The notes under the pieces: generated by a model
Databases searched by the model: none
The model's input: only the letters and a program-made list of their open reading frames with translations
What the model was told of the DNA's origin: nothing
Assembly (NCBI GenBank): GCA_965153455.1
Contig: OZ234494.1
Span: 558,001-622,000, forward strand
Length of the DNA stretch: 64,000 bases
Direction of reading: 5' to 3'
From: Sphagnum compactum
Lineage: Eukaryota
Shown: positions 13,930 through 26,600 of the stretch, piece by piece
Layout: each line of letters starts with the position of its first letter
Position numbering within the stretch: the first letter of the stretch is position 1
Translations under genes and position numbers: made by a program

Positions 13930-16253
13930 CCCGCAACCAAACCCCAGCCAAAACCCTAAAACTGCTGCATCCTTTTCTTCCTGCTGCTTGACTTCTTCGT
14001 GGAGGGACTTGGAATTCGTGGAGGGCAAGCCACTGGCGCTGCTGCTTCTGCTGCTTCTTCTGCTGCTCCGATGCAAAGGAAAGGATTCGCGAATCCCTCC
14101 TTCCATTCTTCTCAATTTGCAGATGGAGAGATGTGTTGTTCCTTCCCTGCTGCAGCAGAAAGGAAGGAAGAGAGAAATTAGCTTCTGAGCCCTTTGGCTG
14201 CAGTCCAGACATGCGCAGATCTTGCTGCTGCTTCTGCTTCTTCTGCTCCCATACTTGGAGGAAGAACTTCGTCCTCCCAACTAGGTACCTCCTCCTCCTC
14301 CTCTTTCCTACTCTTGGGTCAATTTGGCTTCTTGCTGCTGCTGCTGCTGCAGCATTTTTGAACCCTCTTCTTTCCTTGACTCTTTTGTTCAATGAAGGAA
14401 GCATCAATCCATCTTGTGTTTTGAAAAGTTGTTGATGTGCTATGGAGGAGTTTGATATATGAAGAAACTTCTTTGAAAGCATGAAGAACTAACTTCTTGT
14501 AGTTACAAGACTGCGTGCAAACATTTGAGTTTCATCAGGTCCTAACTCTGCTGACTTCCTTGATGCACTCTGAGTGTATTTGTATGCCTGCTTGATGCTG
14601 CTGAAGTACCTACACTTGGGGTTGTCAACCAATTTGGGAAAGGTATGATATGTTGTGGTGATTTTGGGTTATGGGTACAGGGTTTTTGTGATGGATTTGC
14701 AATTCCCTCTGAAGCAGAGGCAGGATTTGAGGGGTTTTGTGATGAATTTGCAACTCCCTCTGAAGCAGAGGCGGGATTTGAGGGATTTTGTGATGAATTT
14801 GCAACTCCCTCTGAAGTGAAGTTGGGATTTGATATCTGGGTAGCACCATGGGGAGGATGGATATACATGGTTTTACATTGCTTTGTTCATGAAGAATGCA
14901 TCCCCAGCTTCCAGAAACCTCACCTACATGGTGTCTGTCTCTTGCTCTTCTTCACCCACATTTTGTGCTTTGAGAGATGGGCTTCCAAACCTCACCTACA
15001 TGGGGTCTGCCTCTTACTCTCCTTTACCCTTGTTTTGCACTCTAAGAGATGGAAACATTCAATTTGGGTCTGTATTGTGTATGCCCACCCCATTGTCATT
15101 AGGAGCTGATGAAGTCAGTGGTGGGGAGTTTGTCGTGGCAGCTGCTCATCATGGCTATTTTTATGACAAAGGTGACAGTTTGTGACTGACGATTTGTGAG
15201 TGACAGTAATGAGGTTGTTATGTCTACATGTCTACACTTGTTCTTGTCAGTTTTTGCTTTGGGGTGCTTAAACTGAAAGAATGCATAACTTGAAAGTGTT
15301 GTTGTGGAGGTTTTTCTTTTTTTTTCCTTGTGCAACTGCATGTATCCTATTCTCTAGTAGAAGTGCAATAACTCTTTTTTGAAGAGAACCCACAGTAAAC
15401 AGTTTTTCACCGTTTCAACCACCGTTGCAACTGTCATAAGGTTATGACCACACTCATTGCCATGTTACCCTCCAAAGTGTTATTATGTGAAGTTTTCTTT
15501 CTTTTACTTCAAAAATGTGTTTTGGAACCTTGGTTCTGGCTTCCTGATCATGAGTATGGAGATCTCTCGAATTATCATGACACTTTTTTTTTTTTTTTCA
15601 TGGACAGTTTTCACAAAATGAGAATCCAAGGGAAAAGGAGGGGTGGCCTGCATTAACATCGACGGGATGACTTATCTCCATGGCGAACACTCTCAAAGGA
15701 GGCTGTTGTTGCTAAGGCAGGTGGGGAACTAGGTGAGGTCGAAATAATCCCAGCAACCATCAACTGCTGGTTTGTTCACCATGTCAGCATTCAGGGTTTG
15801 GATTCTCACTTATGGCAAACACACCATCTTACTCCATGATCATAATGAGGTAAACTGCTATGTCAACCAGACTACCTATCATATGTTGTGCTCAACATCG
15901 TAAAATTATTGTTCCTGACAAATCTGCAGAATCACTACTTCATGTGTTTTTCCAATCTTCAGTGGCTGACTGAGCTGCTGACTACTGGATTATATTGCTC
16001 CAATGCCATATGATCATCACTTCCGAGAACAAAGTCTAAAATAAGGTGGTCAAGCCCAATGTGGTCCTCCATGCTGCGATTGTTTTAAGCTTGCTCTACT
16101 AACTTTTTTTTTTCTGCCCTTTGCTGATGTGCAGTTTCTGAATGAGAGCATTTGAAAGGAATTAGAGTGTATGAAGAAATCATCAAAGCCTACACCAGTT
16201 ATCCAAAGTCAGCAGATACGGAAATAGTGGCGGAGTTATACAAGGTTCAATGA
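13930..16253 (+). pseudogene. ACY1: Aminoacylase-1 (M20 peptidase family) unprocessed pseudogene
   Basis: Collinear remnants: QPNP...LEFVEGKPL..LL..KG.D...SILLN..VVP (13930-14210); GFVMNLQ/PSEAEAGFD...PASRNLTYM (14681-14930); WPALTST/DDLSPW...AGG...EIIPA...FGFSLMANT/ILLHDHNE (15608-15849); FLNE/HLKGIRVYEEIIKAYTSY...VAEL (16135-16253). Multiple frameshifts. The metal-binding middle exons were not found. Confidence 0.85.
14681..14835 (+). repeat. 51-bp x3 tandem repeat made from an aminoacylase exon start
   Basis: tttgtgatg(a/g)atttgcaa(c/t)tccctctgaag recurs at 14685, 14736 and 14787. Confidence 0.9.
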
Positions 16254-17421
16254 TAAAGGAAGAAGTACGTGTGTGCCATCTGTTATCGAAACTTGCTCAT
16301 CCCAAGACAACATATCAGAACCTTCTGGAAGTTCTTATAAAGATTTGAAGTTCCGAATTGCTTCCAAATAGGTACCGCATTGACACAACATTTCATGTCT
16401 TGTAAGCGTCACGCTAAAAACTTGCCTCTTACATCCTCTTGCAATGTGTTGCACGAGTTGTTCCTAATGACTTGCTAATCTGTTAACATTCCTTACTCCC
16501 ATCAACCATCACAAATATCTTGCAAACATTCCCCACCCATGACATTATTATTTTCTCCACAATCCAACTCTAGACCTTGGGCATGTCTTCGTGACATCCC
16601 AAAACAATCCTTGATTTCTCATCACTTCCACATCCTCCCCTAAACACTTATTGTACATGGGTTACAACAAGCAAAACCACTTGCATTTGATCAAAATCTC
16701 ATATCAATAAACTTAAGAAGAGTCCATGAATGCCTACAATCTATATTTAAACTACTCATGGTGGTCTATGGTAGGAATAGATTTTTGATTCACAATGTGT
16801 GTGATAATAATAGGGCAATTTTAAAGGTGATTGAAAATGTGGCAAAAAGAAGTGTTGACATTAATAGTTTCAGGCAACAATCGAGGAGTAAAGATGGCAT
16901 CTAACATATCCTTGTATTTGGGAAGACATCATGTTCCCAAAAGGTCTTTTCAAGATTGACAAATCTTCCAAATTTTGGTACGTGCACCATGAAACAAACA
17001 CCATAAATTCAAAAGCATGCAAAGAAAAAATCCTAGTACATGTACCATTGAATTATCTTAATCCATAGAAGTAATAGCAGAACTGGTCTTCTTTTGATCT
17101 ATAAAACTAGAAACAACATAAACATGTATTAAAAAATAAATGCCAATGGTTTTGCTAAAACCGATTATGTCCCCAAAACTCAAAACAACAATGGCAAAAC
17201 CATCATGGGCAAGATGAACAATAACTTCCACAATAGCAGACTCAATAACAAAGGCAACATCAACACTTCCATCAATAATGCTTCCATCATGATTACGTGT
17301 AATGGATTTTGGACATCTTGTAGCTAGGTAGTTTTAACATTCTTGTGGAAAGTTGAAAATGGGAAAAAAAAATTGTCAAGCAAGCTGAAAATCTATTCAA
17401 ACAAAATGGGGAAAAGATTAC

Positions 17422-18900
17422 CTTGTTATATTATGGTGGGCAACTGACTCTTCACTAAATGCCTCTTCATAACACAACAAGCGAGTGGATCACAACTCAC
17501 CATTGATGATCCACTACATTACTCTATCACGCATGTGTTTATCAATTTGGTTATACCTACACACACAACAAACCACATAAAAAAATTAAAATGAATTTTT
17601 TTTAAACATCAGCTAAGTTTGTAAAACAAGAAAAACACAAAAGAAAACCTAAAAAACAAAAATAAAACACAAAGTTTACTTGTCATACAAAATGGGATCC
17701 TTGTGACCCATTACCTTCATCCCATATTCTTGAAGAACAAGCACCTCTTCCATCCGAATGATTCCAATACCTTGGCCAGTCTTGTTAAACAACACCTTTT
17801 CTTGTAAATTAAAAAAAATTATTGTCAACTTTTCAAAAATTAATCACAGTTAATTACATCCCATTGGAGACACAGTAAACCATACTTAATTTTTAAATCT
17901 CCACTTAAACCTATGGTGTAAAACCAACGGATGTGGCCCAACTTACTTGGTCACTAGGGCAGAAAGTAGGATATATGGTGGCAAGCAATTTGCTTGTAAG
18001 TTTCAATAACATCTACAACCATGTAAACCATAGTAGGGCGATGCCAATTTGTAAAACAATAAGTGATATCTATCAACTAGTTTTTGGAGGCCCCTTAGAA
18101 AAATCTTGAACAACATGAGTAGGCAAAGAAGGCAATTGAACTTGTCAAAATCCACATTACAAAGTTTAGAACACCCCCTTATAAAAAAAATTGTGCTTGC
18201 AAAAGTATTCAAATTTGAAATTCAAACTAGATGGAAATGTTGAGCTAATATCTTGTGTTCCTCGACAATGGATAGCACATTTAATTTTTTTCACAAACTT
18301 GTGAATATTAATTATTGATGTTCAAAAGATTACTTCATCATTATCAACTGTAACATGGTGATACTTCAAATTTGTGAAGATATTAAAGGGGACGACATGT
18401 GTTTTACATGATTTAGCCTCATGTTGTTATTGTCATTGCTTTATAAATCTTCCAATACCATGTATCAAAGGCTACATGCTACAAAATAAACCAACCAAAA
18501 AAACATAGATAATAGATATAGTACAAATGCACAATACAATTACTGTAAAGGCACAAAAAAAATTTAACAACAATATAATACTTGAATGATACAAAAGAAA
18601 ACCTAAACCCTAACCCTTTTTTAAAAAGCAAAAAGCTGGAAAAAAAAAATCAAAAAATGAACAAAAATTTGTATTTGGTTGGAGGATATAGGCTACCATC
18701 TTTTTTTGCAATTTGCAAAAACAAACAGGATAGCATATTGATGAGATTTTTAAAAAAATTTCGTTTTCAAAAAGATCAACAATGTATTTTTTCATGTCAT
18801 AATCACAAAACGTTCTCCATTCATCAAAAGCATTTTTCACCCACAACTTTGTTTGTTTGCCCATTCTCCACCCTCTTTTGTTAACATTTTCCATCTCTTT
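17422..18900 (-). mobile_element. Decayed intron-containing Crypton-like tyrosine recombinase (DUF3504-type) transposon
   Basis: Motifs in the expected order on the minus strand: WVKNAFDEW (18843-18817), AKKDGSLYPPT (~18710-18678), LIHGIGRFI..FNIFT, VLSIVEEHKIL, HNFFIRG (~18195-18175), WFTVSPMGCN (~17882-17853), NKTGQ...RMEE...MKVMGHKDP..YDK|Y. A GT-AG intron at 17679-17557 precedes the presumptive catalytic Tyr. Many stops and frameshifts. Confidence 0.7.
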
Positions 18901-20220
18901 ATTTCCAATATTGAAGAAATGAAATTTCAAAAATAGCTCCTTAACAAGAGAGTCACAATTAGTCATTTTAACAACTTTAAAACCAATAACCTCCTGACCA
19001 AAAGGAAGAAACTAAAAGTTAGAATGAATAAAAAATATAAAAGTAACTCTAGCATTGATGTTGGGATGATTAGGAGGATCATGTACATAAAAAAAAAACC
19101 TCACAAGTGTGATGAGAAATAAAATCAAATGTAGAAGCATTAGGAAAATACCAAATTCTTCCATAATGTGAAAAATGTAAGGGTTGAATAAATGCCCAAA
19201 CACATTACTATCTACTTTAGGATGGAATTTAATAGAATTAGGAGGAGGTTTATTAATTGAAATATCAAAAACAAGATCATGGTTTTCAACATTCTTCACA
19301 CTACACATAAATCTTAGACCCATTTCTGGACCATAATAACTCATCAAACATACTAGCAATTAAACAATGTCGGTGTAATAAATGGTGTAACAAAAGAGAA
19401 ACCATAAAGTTGAACATTATATACTTCACAAGGCATAGAAGACAATGTTAATGTAGTAGGGAAAAAACTAGAAAGTTACATGTCAAATAATTCACAAGGC
19501 AAAGATATTGATTAAAGCAAGGTCTCACTTAAGATTCTAATAACATTTCGAACACCTTGATTGGTACAAAAAAAATTCACAACTTTAATAACAATAGACA
19601 TTGTAGAAAGAGGGAAAGATAAAGGATAAACACAAAAGGAAGAAGTATTTGACATTATAAATTTGAAAATGTAAATGCAATTGAAACTTACAACCACACA
19701 AACAAATGCATAAAACTCTTCTAAACAAAAAAAACACAAGAAAACCTGCACACATGAAACAAACATAAAAACTAAAAAAAGAATGCAAACAAATTGAACA
19801 ACAAGAAGGGAAGCATAGAAAGGATGTTCAAGGGGGGAAATGAGGAATGAAAAAATGCAACAATCAAAAGTAGTAGTAACAACTACAATGTAGGATAACC
19901 ACGTTGGCGAATGTAAGTGTAGTAAAAAAAGAAGAGACATTAAAATGCAAGAAAAGCCGATATGTTGTCGAGGAAGAAACACACAACAACATAAAGAGTT
20001 GAAGAAGCAGTCACACAAAAAAACCAACCAACACAAAAATGAAACAAGACAAAAATGATGAAAAGTTCATACACACCAAAACAAATGTTGAAAGAATTGA
20101 AATGAACAGAAGCTGAGTTCACCAACACATCATTGATGCATTAAGATACAAAACCAAAAGAAAACCACACAAAAAAATTTAGCAATGGAAAAATAATAAA
20201 AAAATGAAAACAATGAAGTT

Positions 20221-20283
20221 CTGACATGCAAGAAGACAATGGAGATTTTGCTGACATGCAAGAAGACAATGGAGATTTTGCTA
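20221..20283. repeat. 30-bp tandem duplication
   Basis: ctgacatgcaagaagacaatggagattttg occurs twice, with a related copy near 20388. Confidence 0.8.
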
Positions 20284-20650
20284 AGTTTGCCAATGTCTCG
20301 TTGATGCATTAAGACACCAAAACACACACACACACACAAACAATAACAATGGGGAAGAAAACAAAAAAAATGAAAATGATGAAGTTTTGACATGTAAGAA
20401 GACAATGGAGAAGAGAAGAAAAATGAAAACGATGAAGCTCCAATGTGCGACATAAACAAAAGAAGGAGCCTTATATGTTTTGCTCATCATCGCATTCCCT
20501 TTTATTTTAGCTAGAAAGAAGTTGGAAAGAAGTTGTAAACATGTAAAAAGATGAAGTTGATGGGGGGAAAAAAATGCATCGTTTTATGTAGGAGAAGGGT
20601 ATTTTAATAGACCTTTCTCCTATACTTAATGACTTACCAAATCATTAATA

Positions 20651-21138
20651 CTAGTGGGTACCCGTGACCTTTGGACACTGTGAAGTCCCCCGGTTTCTTT
20701 AAACCAAGAGAGACACACACAAAGGCGCAAAGCAGCTATTTTTATTTTTATTTTATTTATTTTTTGTGACGAAAATCCGTTGAAAAGTCCCCCATGAAAA
20801 CATACATGGTGAAGCGAGCATTTTGAAAAATTTTCAAAAAAAAATAAAAATCGCCACATTTCCAGGAGGGGAAAAGAAAGAGTTTCTTGCATGGTCACTT
20901 TATCTAAAATCCATAACACGACCCGCACCTAGCGTTGGAACATTTTAGGCCAGGTGTCTCTCCGCCACCACGACCCGCACCTGGCGCTGGAACATTTTAG
21001 GCTAGGTGCGGCTCATTTCGGGACCTTGTTTCTGTCATCTGGGGGGTTGCATAATCGGCCTCACAAAGACTGTTAGCGGGTTGGAATGGACATGTTCAGA
21101 CAGACACACTGACAGACCAAGTGAATTAATATATAGGA
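20651..21138 (-). mobile_element. Non-autonomous Helitron
   Basis: Minus strand begins A|TCCTATATATTAA and ends imperfect hairpin (cagtgtcc-aa-ggtcacgg)...CACTAG|T. Inserted in an AT dinucleotide with no TSD. Internal ~51-bp duplication (cacgacccgcacct..gctggaacattttaggc). Confidence 0.75.
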
Positions 21139-22880
21139 TTCTTATAAAACCATGTGTCATGCTAGGTTGAATTTTAGTTGTAGGACATCCCTACTTAATA
21201 TGACTCTTCATCGTCACCCCATGTTAGTGTTTGCTTAATGTGAACAACGGCATTTGAATTTTCAAATGAAGATTATTAAACTTTCATTCTTTTGTTTTCA
21301 AAGCTTAAAGGTCGAGATCTCGTGAATTTTTGTTATTCAATTGTGTTTTAATTATTATTAGTCTTATCTTAAGATTAATTGTATTCATTGAAAGTCGATT
21401 TTATTTAATTTGACAAAGAGAATGTTTTATTTCTAAAAATAATAATTTTGGCACAAGATTTAAAACTTTCAAGTTTGGGTTCTTTTATGGTGTGATGTAT
21501 GAGATTCTTATGATGTAGAAGGATATCTAAGCTTTTGTTGTATTAACAAAAAAATAGTGAATAAATAGAATTCTTAACTGATTTAGAATGAACAAATCAT
21601 TGGAGTTCATTGAAAGCAATGAAGATTAAGGCATTCTAATTGAACCAAATCCATAATAGATAAACATGTGATACACCAATTCATTAGTTGTTGGCAATAT
21701 ACACAACAATGTCATTATCATTTATATTAGGTATTTTTTAAGCATTTCAACCAACATGCAATTTTTCATTGTTGTGTTGAATGCCATCACATTGTGATCA
21801 TCATAGTTTAAACCATTGTACAAAACTTATTTATTAATAATAATTTGAATGTTGTTATGAAGTGGAGGATCTGGATTGATAATCAAATTTTGGTTTTGAT
21901 TTGGGTGACAAGTGAAATATAAAAGCAAATTGGGGCTAAGCAAAACAACTCATGATGATGTATTTCATAATATTTTTACAATTGTTCAATTGTTCACATG
22001 TTCAATTGTCTACCTCCTTTAATGATTTAAGAATAAACAAGTTTGTTTACATCTACAAAAACTCTAAACACATGTGTCTTATACAAATCCATGACACACT
22101 TTGATGATAAGTTTTTGCAATTCAAAGAACATAGACTTGTGTTCAAATTAAAAATACAAAAGATATTCAAATCAATAAACTTTATGAACCAATGGTATGT
22201 AATTTGTAACATACCCAAGAAATTATATGTGCTTTTTGTTCAAACTAATGAGTCTTGAATCTAATTTCCATTAACATAATAGTGATAAATCATATGATAA
22301 ATAATTAAACAGAAGGTTGCATGTTATGTGTTCCAAGCTATGCATGAAGCTTTCACCATGTAAACTCCCAAGTTTATTTTCAATTCATTAATAGTAATTT
22401 TGATACATCATTTTTTTATTTTTAAAAACTTTGTTTAAATATTAAAGTAAGAAGAAATTAACAATCAATTATTTAAAATATCATTCTAAAATATCTTCCC
22501 ATTCTAATTGTATAATTCACCTAACGATCTTGAATTGTTAATTTTAATTCAATGATTTATTTTAATAAAACGAGTTAGGAAAAAAAAACATATATGTTTA
22601 ATTTTTATAACTTGAATTAACTTTTAAATTAATTATATCTAATGTTCAAAACATGAATCATTTCATAATCCAATTATATCACATTTTTAGAATTTCATCC
22701 AAGTTTATGCCATTAAAATTTTATATTTGAAATGCACGTTTAAATTAATTACTATATTTTTTATTACATGCTGTAAACCAAATGTGATTTCATTAGCAAA
22801 TGATTGAAAAATGGACATAAACATGGGATATAAACATGTTGGAATATGAAACGTATGAACATTCATTTGTTCATATAGAA

Positions 22881-23639
22881 CTCGTGTGGCCTGTGCTGTT
22901 GGCCCAAGTGTTACCACGTCCTCAACTGATTTTTCCTTCCAAAACTTGGTTTTTTGGAATTTATTTGAATTTTCAGCAGCAGAAATCACTTAAAAATCAA
23001 TATCTCCCACATTTTGAATGCAAATCTTACCAAAATAAATTCCATTAAAATCCCACTCATCAAGATCTTTCCAACAACACCAAAGGCACATTCCAATTCA
23101 TCCGAACTTTTCAGCTATGATTCAATTTTAATTTAATTTTCAGTGAAAAAATCATTCAATATTCAAGAACTTCTACACCGCAAGTCCAAAACACCATGAA
23201 ACAAAGTTGATGCACCCCTCCTCCTCGAGAGCTTTCCAAAGAGACCAAGAACAAAGTTGATGCACCCCTCCTCCTCGAGAGCTTTCCAAAGAGACCAAAA
23301 ACAAAGTTGATGCACCCCTCTTCCTCGAGAGCTTTCCAAAGAGACCAAGAACAAAGTTGATGCACCCCTCCTCCTCGAGAGCTTTCCAAAGAGACCAAAA
23401 ACAAAGTTGATGCACCCCTCCTCCTCGAAAGCTTTCCAAAGAGACCAAGAACAAAGTTGATGCACCCCTCCTCCTCGAAAGCTTTCCAAAGAGACCAAGA
23501 ACAAAGTTGATGCACCCCTCCTCCTCGAAAGCTTTCCAAAGAGACCAAGAACGTGATCTAAAGCATCCCGGTTCAGTGGATCTTATAAGTACAAACAAAA
23601 CAAAACAAAACTAACTAACTACCTTCCTTCATAGATAGA
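22881..23639 (-). mobile_element. Non-autonomous Helitron-like element carrying a 50-bp minisatellite
   Basis: Minus strand begins A|TCTATCTATGAAGG and ends with a GC-rich degenerate hairpin then CACGAG|T (CTAG variant). Noticeably less AT-rich than its flanks. Confidence 0.55.
23201..23550. repeat. 50-bp x7 near-perfect tandem array
   Basis: acaaagttgatgcacccctcctcctcga(g/a)agctttccaaagagaccaa(g/a)a starts at 23201, 23251 and so on to 23501. No unique spacers. Confidence 0.97.
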
Positions 23640-26600
23640 TTTGTTTTATTCACAAATTTGAAATGCTATAAAGGGAATCCAATTTGAATCCAATTGATAA
23701 CCATTTAGTTTTTCCACACTATTACTCATTGAGTATATTAGATTTTTAAAAATGTGATGAAATCCTGATAGTTGGTTTGATTAAACTTGCAAATAGAAAA
23801 TATGCATGTGCATTTGTCACGTTCTAAAAATATATATATCTTCAAACATTGTACTAAAACTTTATTGCTTGAGAATTATATTACTATTTTAATCATTACC
23901 CAGTTCCAACAATAATAATATTCATGTTTTTGGGTGAAGTTATAATTAGTTCTTATTAAAATTTAAGGATCAAATGATGACAATGTGCATGAAAATATTT
24001 AAATTTGGAGTTGTTCTAATTCAAAAACTTGAAAATAACAAGTGCATGATAACTAATGCACATTACTCAATTAACATGAATTTAAAGTGAGATATTCATC
24101 GTGTGAAGATTAAGTCTAATAACATAATGGGTTGGGACTAACTTTCACCTATATATGTATGTTAAACCATTATTCAAGTGTGTCATGGAACTAAATAAAT
24201 TCATAAGAAAAATGAAAATTAATAATTTAAGAATAATTGATGACCAAAAGTTGAAGGAAATTCAAATTAAACGTTGAATCTTCCACTAAGAAAAAGGTTT
24301 GTAAACAGTTAAATAGAACAAGGAAAGTGATATCAAAATTAGATGAACTTAAAAGGTTTGAAACATGAAACATGACTTACACCAGAGCCTAACAATTTTT
24401 AAAATCAACCTTTTTGAAAGATCATGGTTTAATTATTATTATTATTATTATTATTTTGATGTGTTGTTTCTTTTAGAAATCCCTTGTTTCATTTTTTAAA
24501 AACTCAATTCTAGGTGTTTGTTGTGCTTCAAAACATTATTTGAAATTTTATGACCTTCTTTTGATCATGTAACCAAAAAACCCACATTTGTTTAAGAATC
24601 TTCACTTTTACATCATGTATTATGTTAATTCACAACGCATGTTCTCAAAGATAATTGGAGCAATTTTTTTAAAAAGGTAATAAATAACTTTCAATGCCTA
24701 CATGAATAAAAGTTTAATTATGAATGACTAGGTTTTTTTTGTTGCTATTGATTAAACTATACTATTTTATGTGAAGTTTTCCAATAACGATGCAATTGTA
24801 ACGTTTTGTCCCTACCATCTTCTAGTTTTATTTTAAGTTGTGATTTATGAATGAAATATTCATCATTTTTGAAGTTTTAAAAAATAATTAAAGGTTAACA
24901 AAAGGTTTTTCCATCGTTTATTATTTTTTCTACAAAATGTAAGGCTGTACTTTTTATTAACACAAATGTATTGTTTTCTTGTTTCATGTAATTTTGCAAT
25001 TGTTTTATTAAGCTTTTCAAAATTTCCATTAAAACTCCAACATTTGAAAATCACTACATAATCATCTTATGAAAATTAACTTGAAACCTGTGTAAAACAA
25101 AAGTAATTACATATTGTACTTTCAACTATTCAAACTCCAATTTAAAATAAAATTATGATTGCCTACTTTGTGCTTATGAAAACTAGCTTTTAATGGCACA
25201 CTAGTAGGATATGGGCATCTTGTAACTCTCATTTGCAACTAGTTTTCAATTACAAATAACATATGGAATTGAAAATTGTTATAGTTAATTTTAAAAAATA
25301 AATCATAGTGATTTAAAACAAATTACACTCTATTTTTAGTTGCATGGGACAAATTAACGTGTATATACGAGATCAGTAGACACTTTCTTTCATCTTATTC
25401 ATGGAAGGCCAATTGCATATATGAAATGTAACTACGTGTAATTGAAATGAACCTCTTGTGTATTATGACATTTGTCTATGGTTTTGACCAATTATTTCAT
25501 GACACATGGCAATTTAAAGGTTATTTCGATATTTAATTCATTTAATGTCGATTATAGCATAGGCTGTTGATATGTGGCACTTAAATAGGATGTCAATACA
25601 TGGTGTTCAGATAGGTAACAATTAGTTAGTTAGATAAGTTTAGGTAGGTAATTAGGCTTTACTAAATATATAGGTGGGCCTAGGTAGCTAGGTAGGTAAA
25701 TAATTTGGGATAATCCTATTTTAGTTTAGGTTTAGCCAAACCTATTTATTGGTTCATCCCAAATGCCATCTGTTTTTTAATATTCATAATGCATCTAATT
25801 ATATATTTTACAAATTTGAAAGGCAGGACAAACAATATGGGATAAAAATTTCAATTGTATCCTAGTTACAACTTAGTTATAACTATTGTTTGATTAGTAA
25901 ATATTATATTAACATAATATACCTACTAGCTATATTACACATTATAAATAACAATAACTAGAAAGTAAGAATATTATAAACTATAATACTAACTATTAAT
26001 ATTGACATTAATAAATATTAATATGATTATAATTATTGTAGCTATAATTATTTATAGGACTAGATGATTAACTACATTATTATTATCATAATTAATATTA
26101 TACTTAACAATTGATAATGCCCTAGGTTAACCTAGGTTATGGTAACTAGCTAATTAGTTGAAGTCAAGGTGTTTAATAAGGTAATAACATTATTATTATT
26201 ATTATTATTATTATTGTAGCTGATAGGGTAGGGTAAGCTAACTTTGTTAATTATTAACATTAAGTGTATTAACTTAAGTATATTAAGGATACTAACTTAA
26301 AATATGTGTGCTATATAGTGGTATAGTACTATTTTAAGTTATATACATATATAATAACATTATATCTCTATTATTTTGCAACTTGCAAATGTAGAAACAT
26401 AAAAAGATCAAAATCAATTCCTTGGATTTGTTATATAATTACAAACATTAGAAAACAAAAGTGTATTTACAAAAGACAAAGAACCTTAAAATTGACTACA
26501 ACAATATTGTGATTTGATTTATACAATTAATCATTTTCAATTTTTAATGTGTTGTTATTAATAAATGTAAACATAGATTTCCGAATCCTTTTGTTGATGT

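Noticed and set aside
13832-14482. 216-aa minus-strand ORF upstream of SUMO
   Set aside because: Low complexity and antisense to the ACY1 pseudogene's first exon. No recognisable domain.
23201-23550. CRISPR-like array or repeat-protein ORFs
   Set aside because: Units are contiguous with no unique spacers, there are no cas genes, and the context is eukaryotic. ORFs in all three minus frames are artefacts of the repeat.
21150-25509. 12-bp inverted repeat pair (ccatgtgtcatg / catgacacatgg) as transposon TIRs
   Set aside because: No TSD is visible and I could not read convincing transposase motifs between them.
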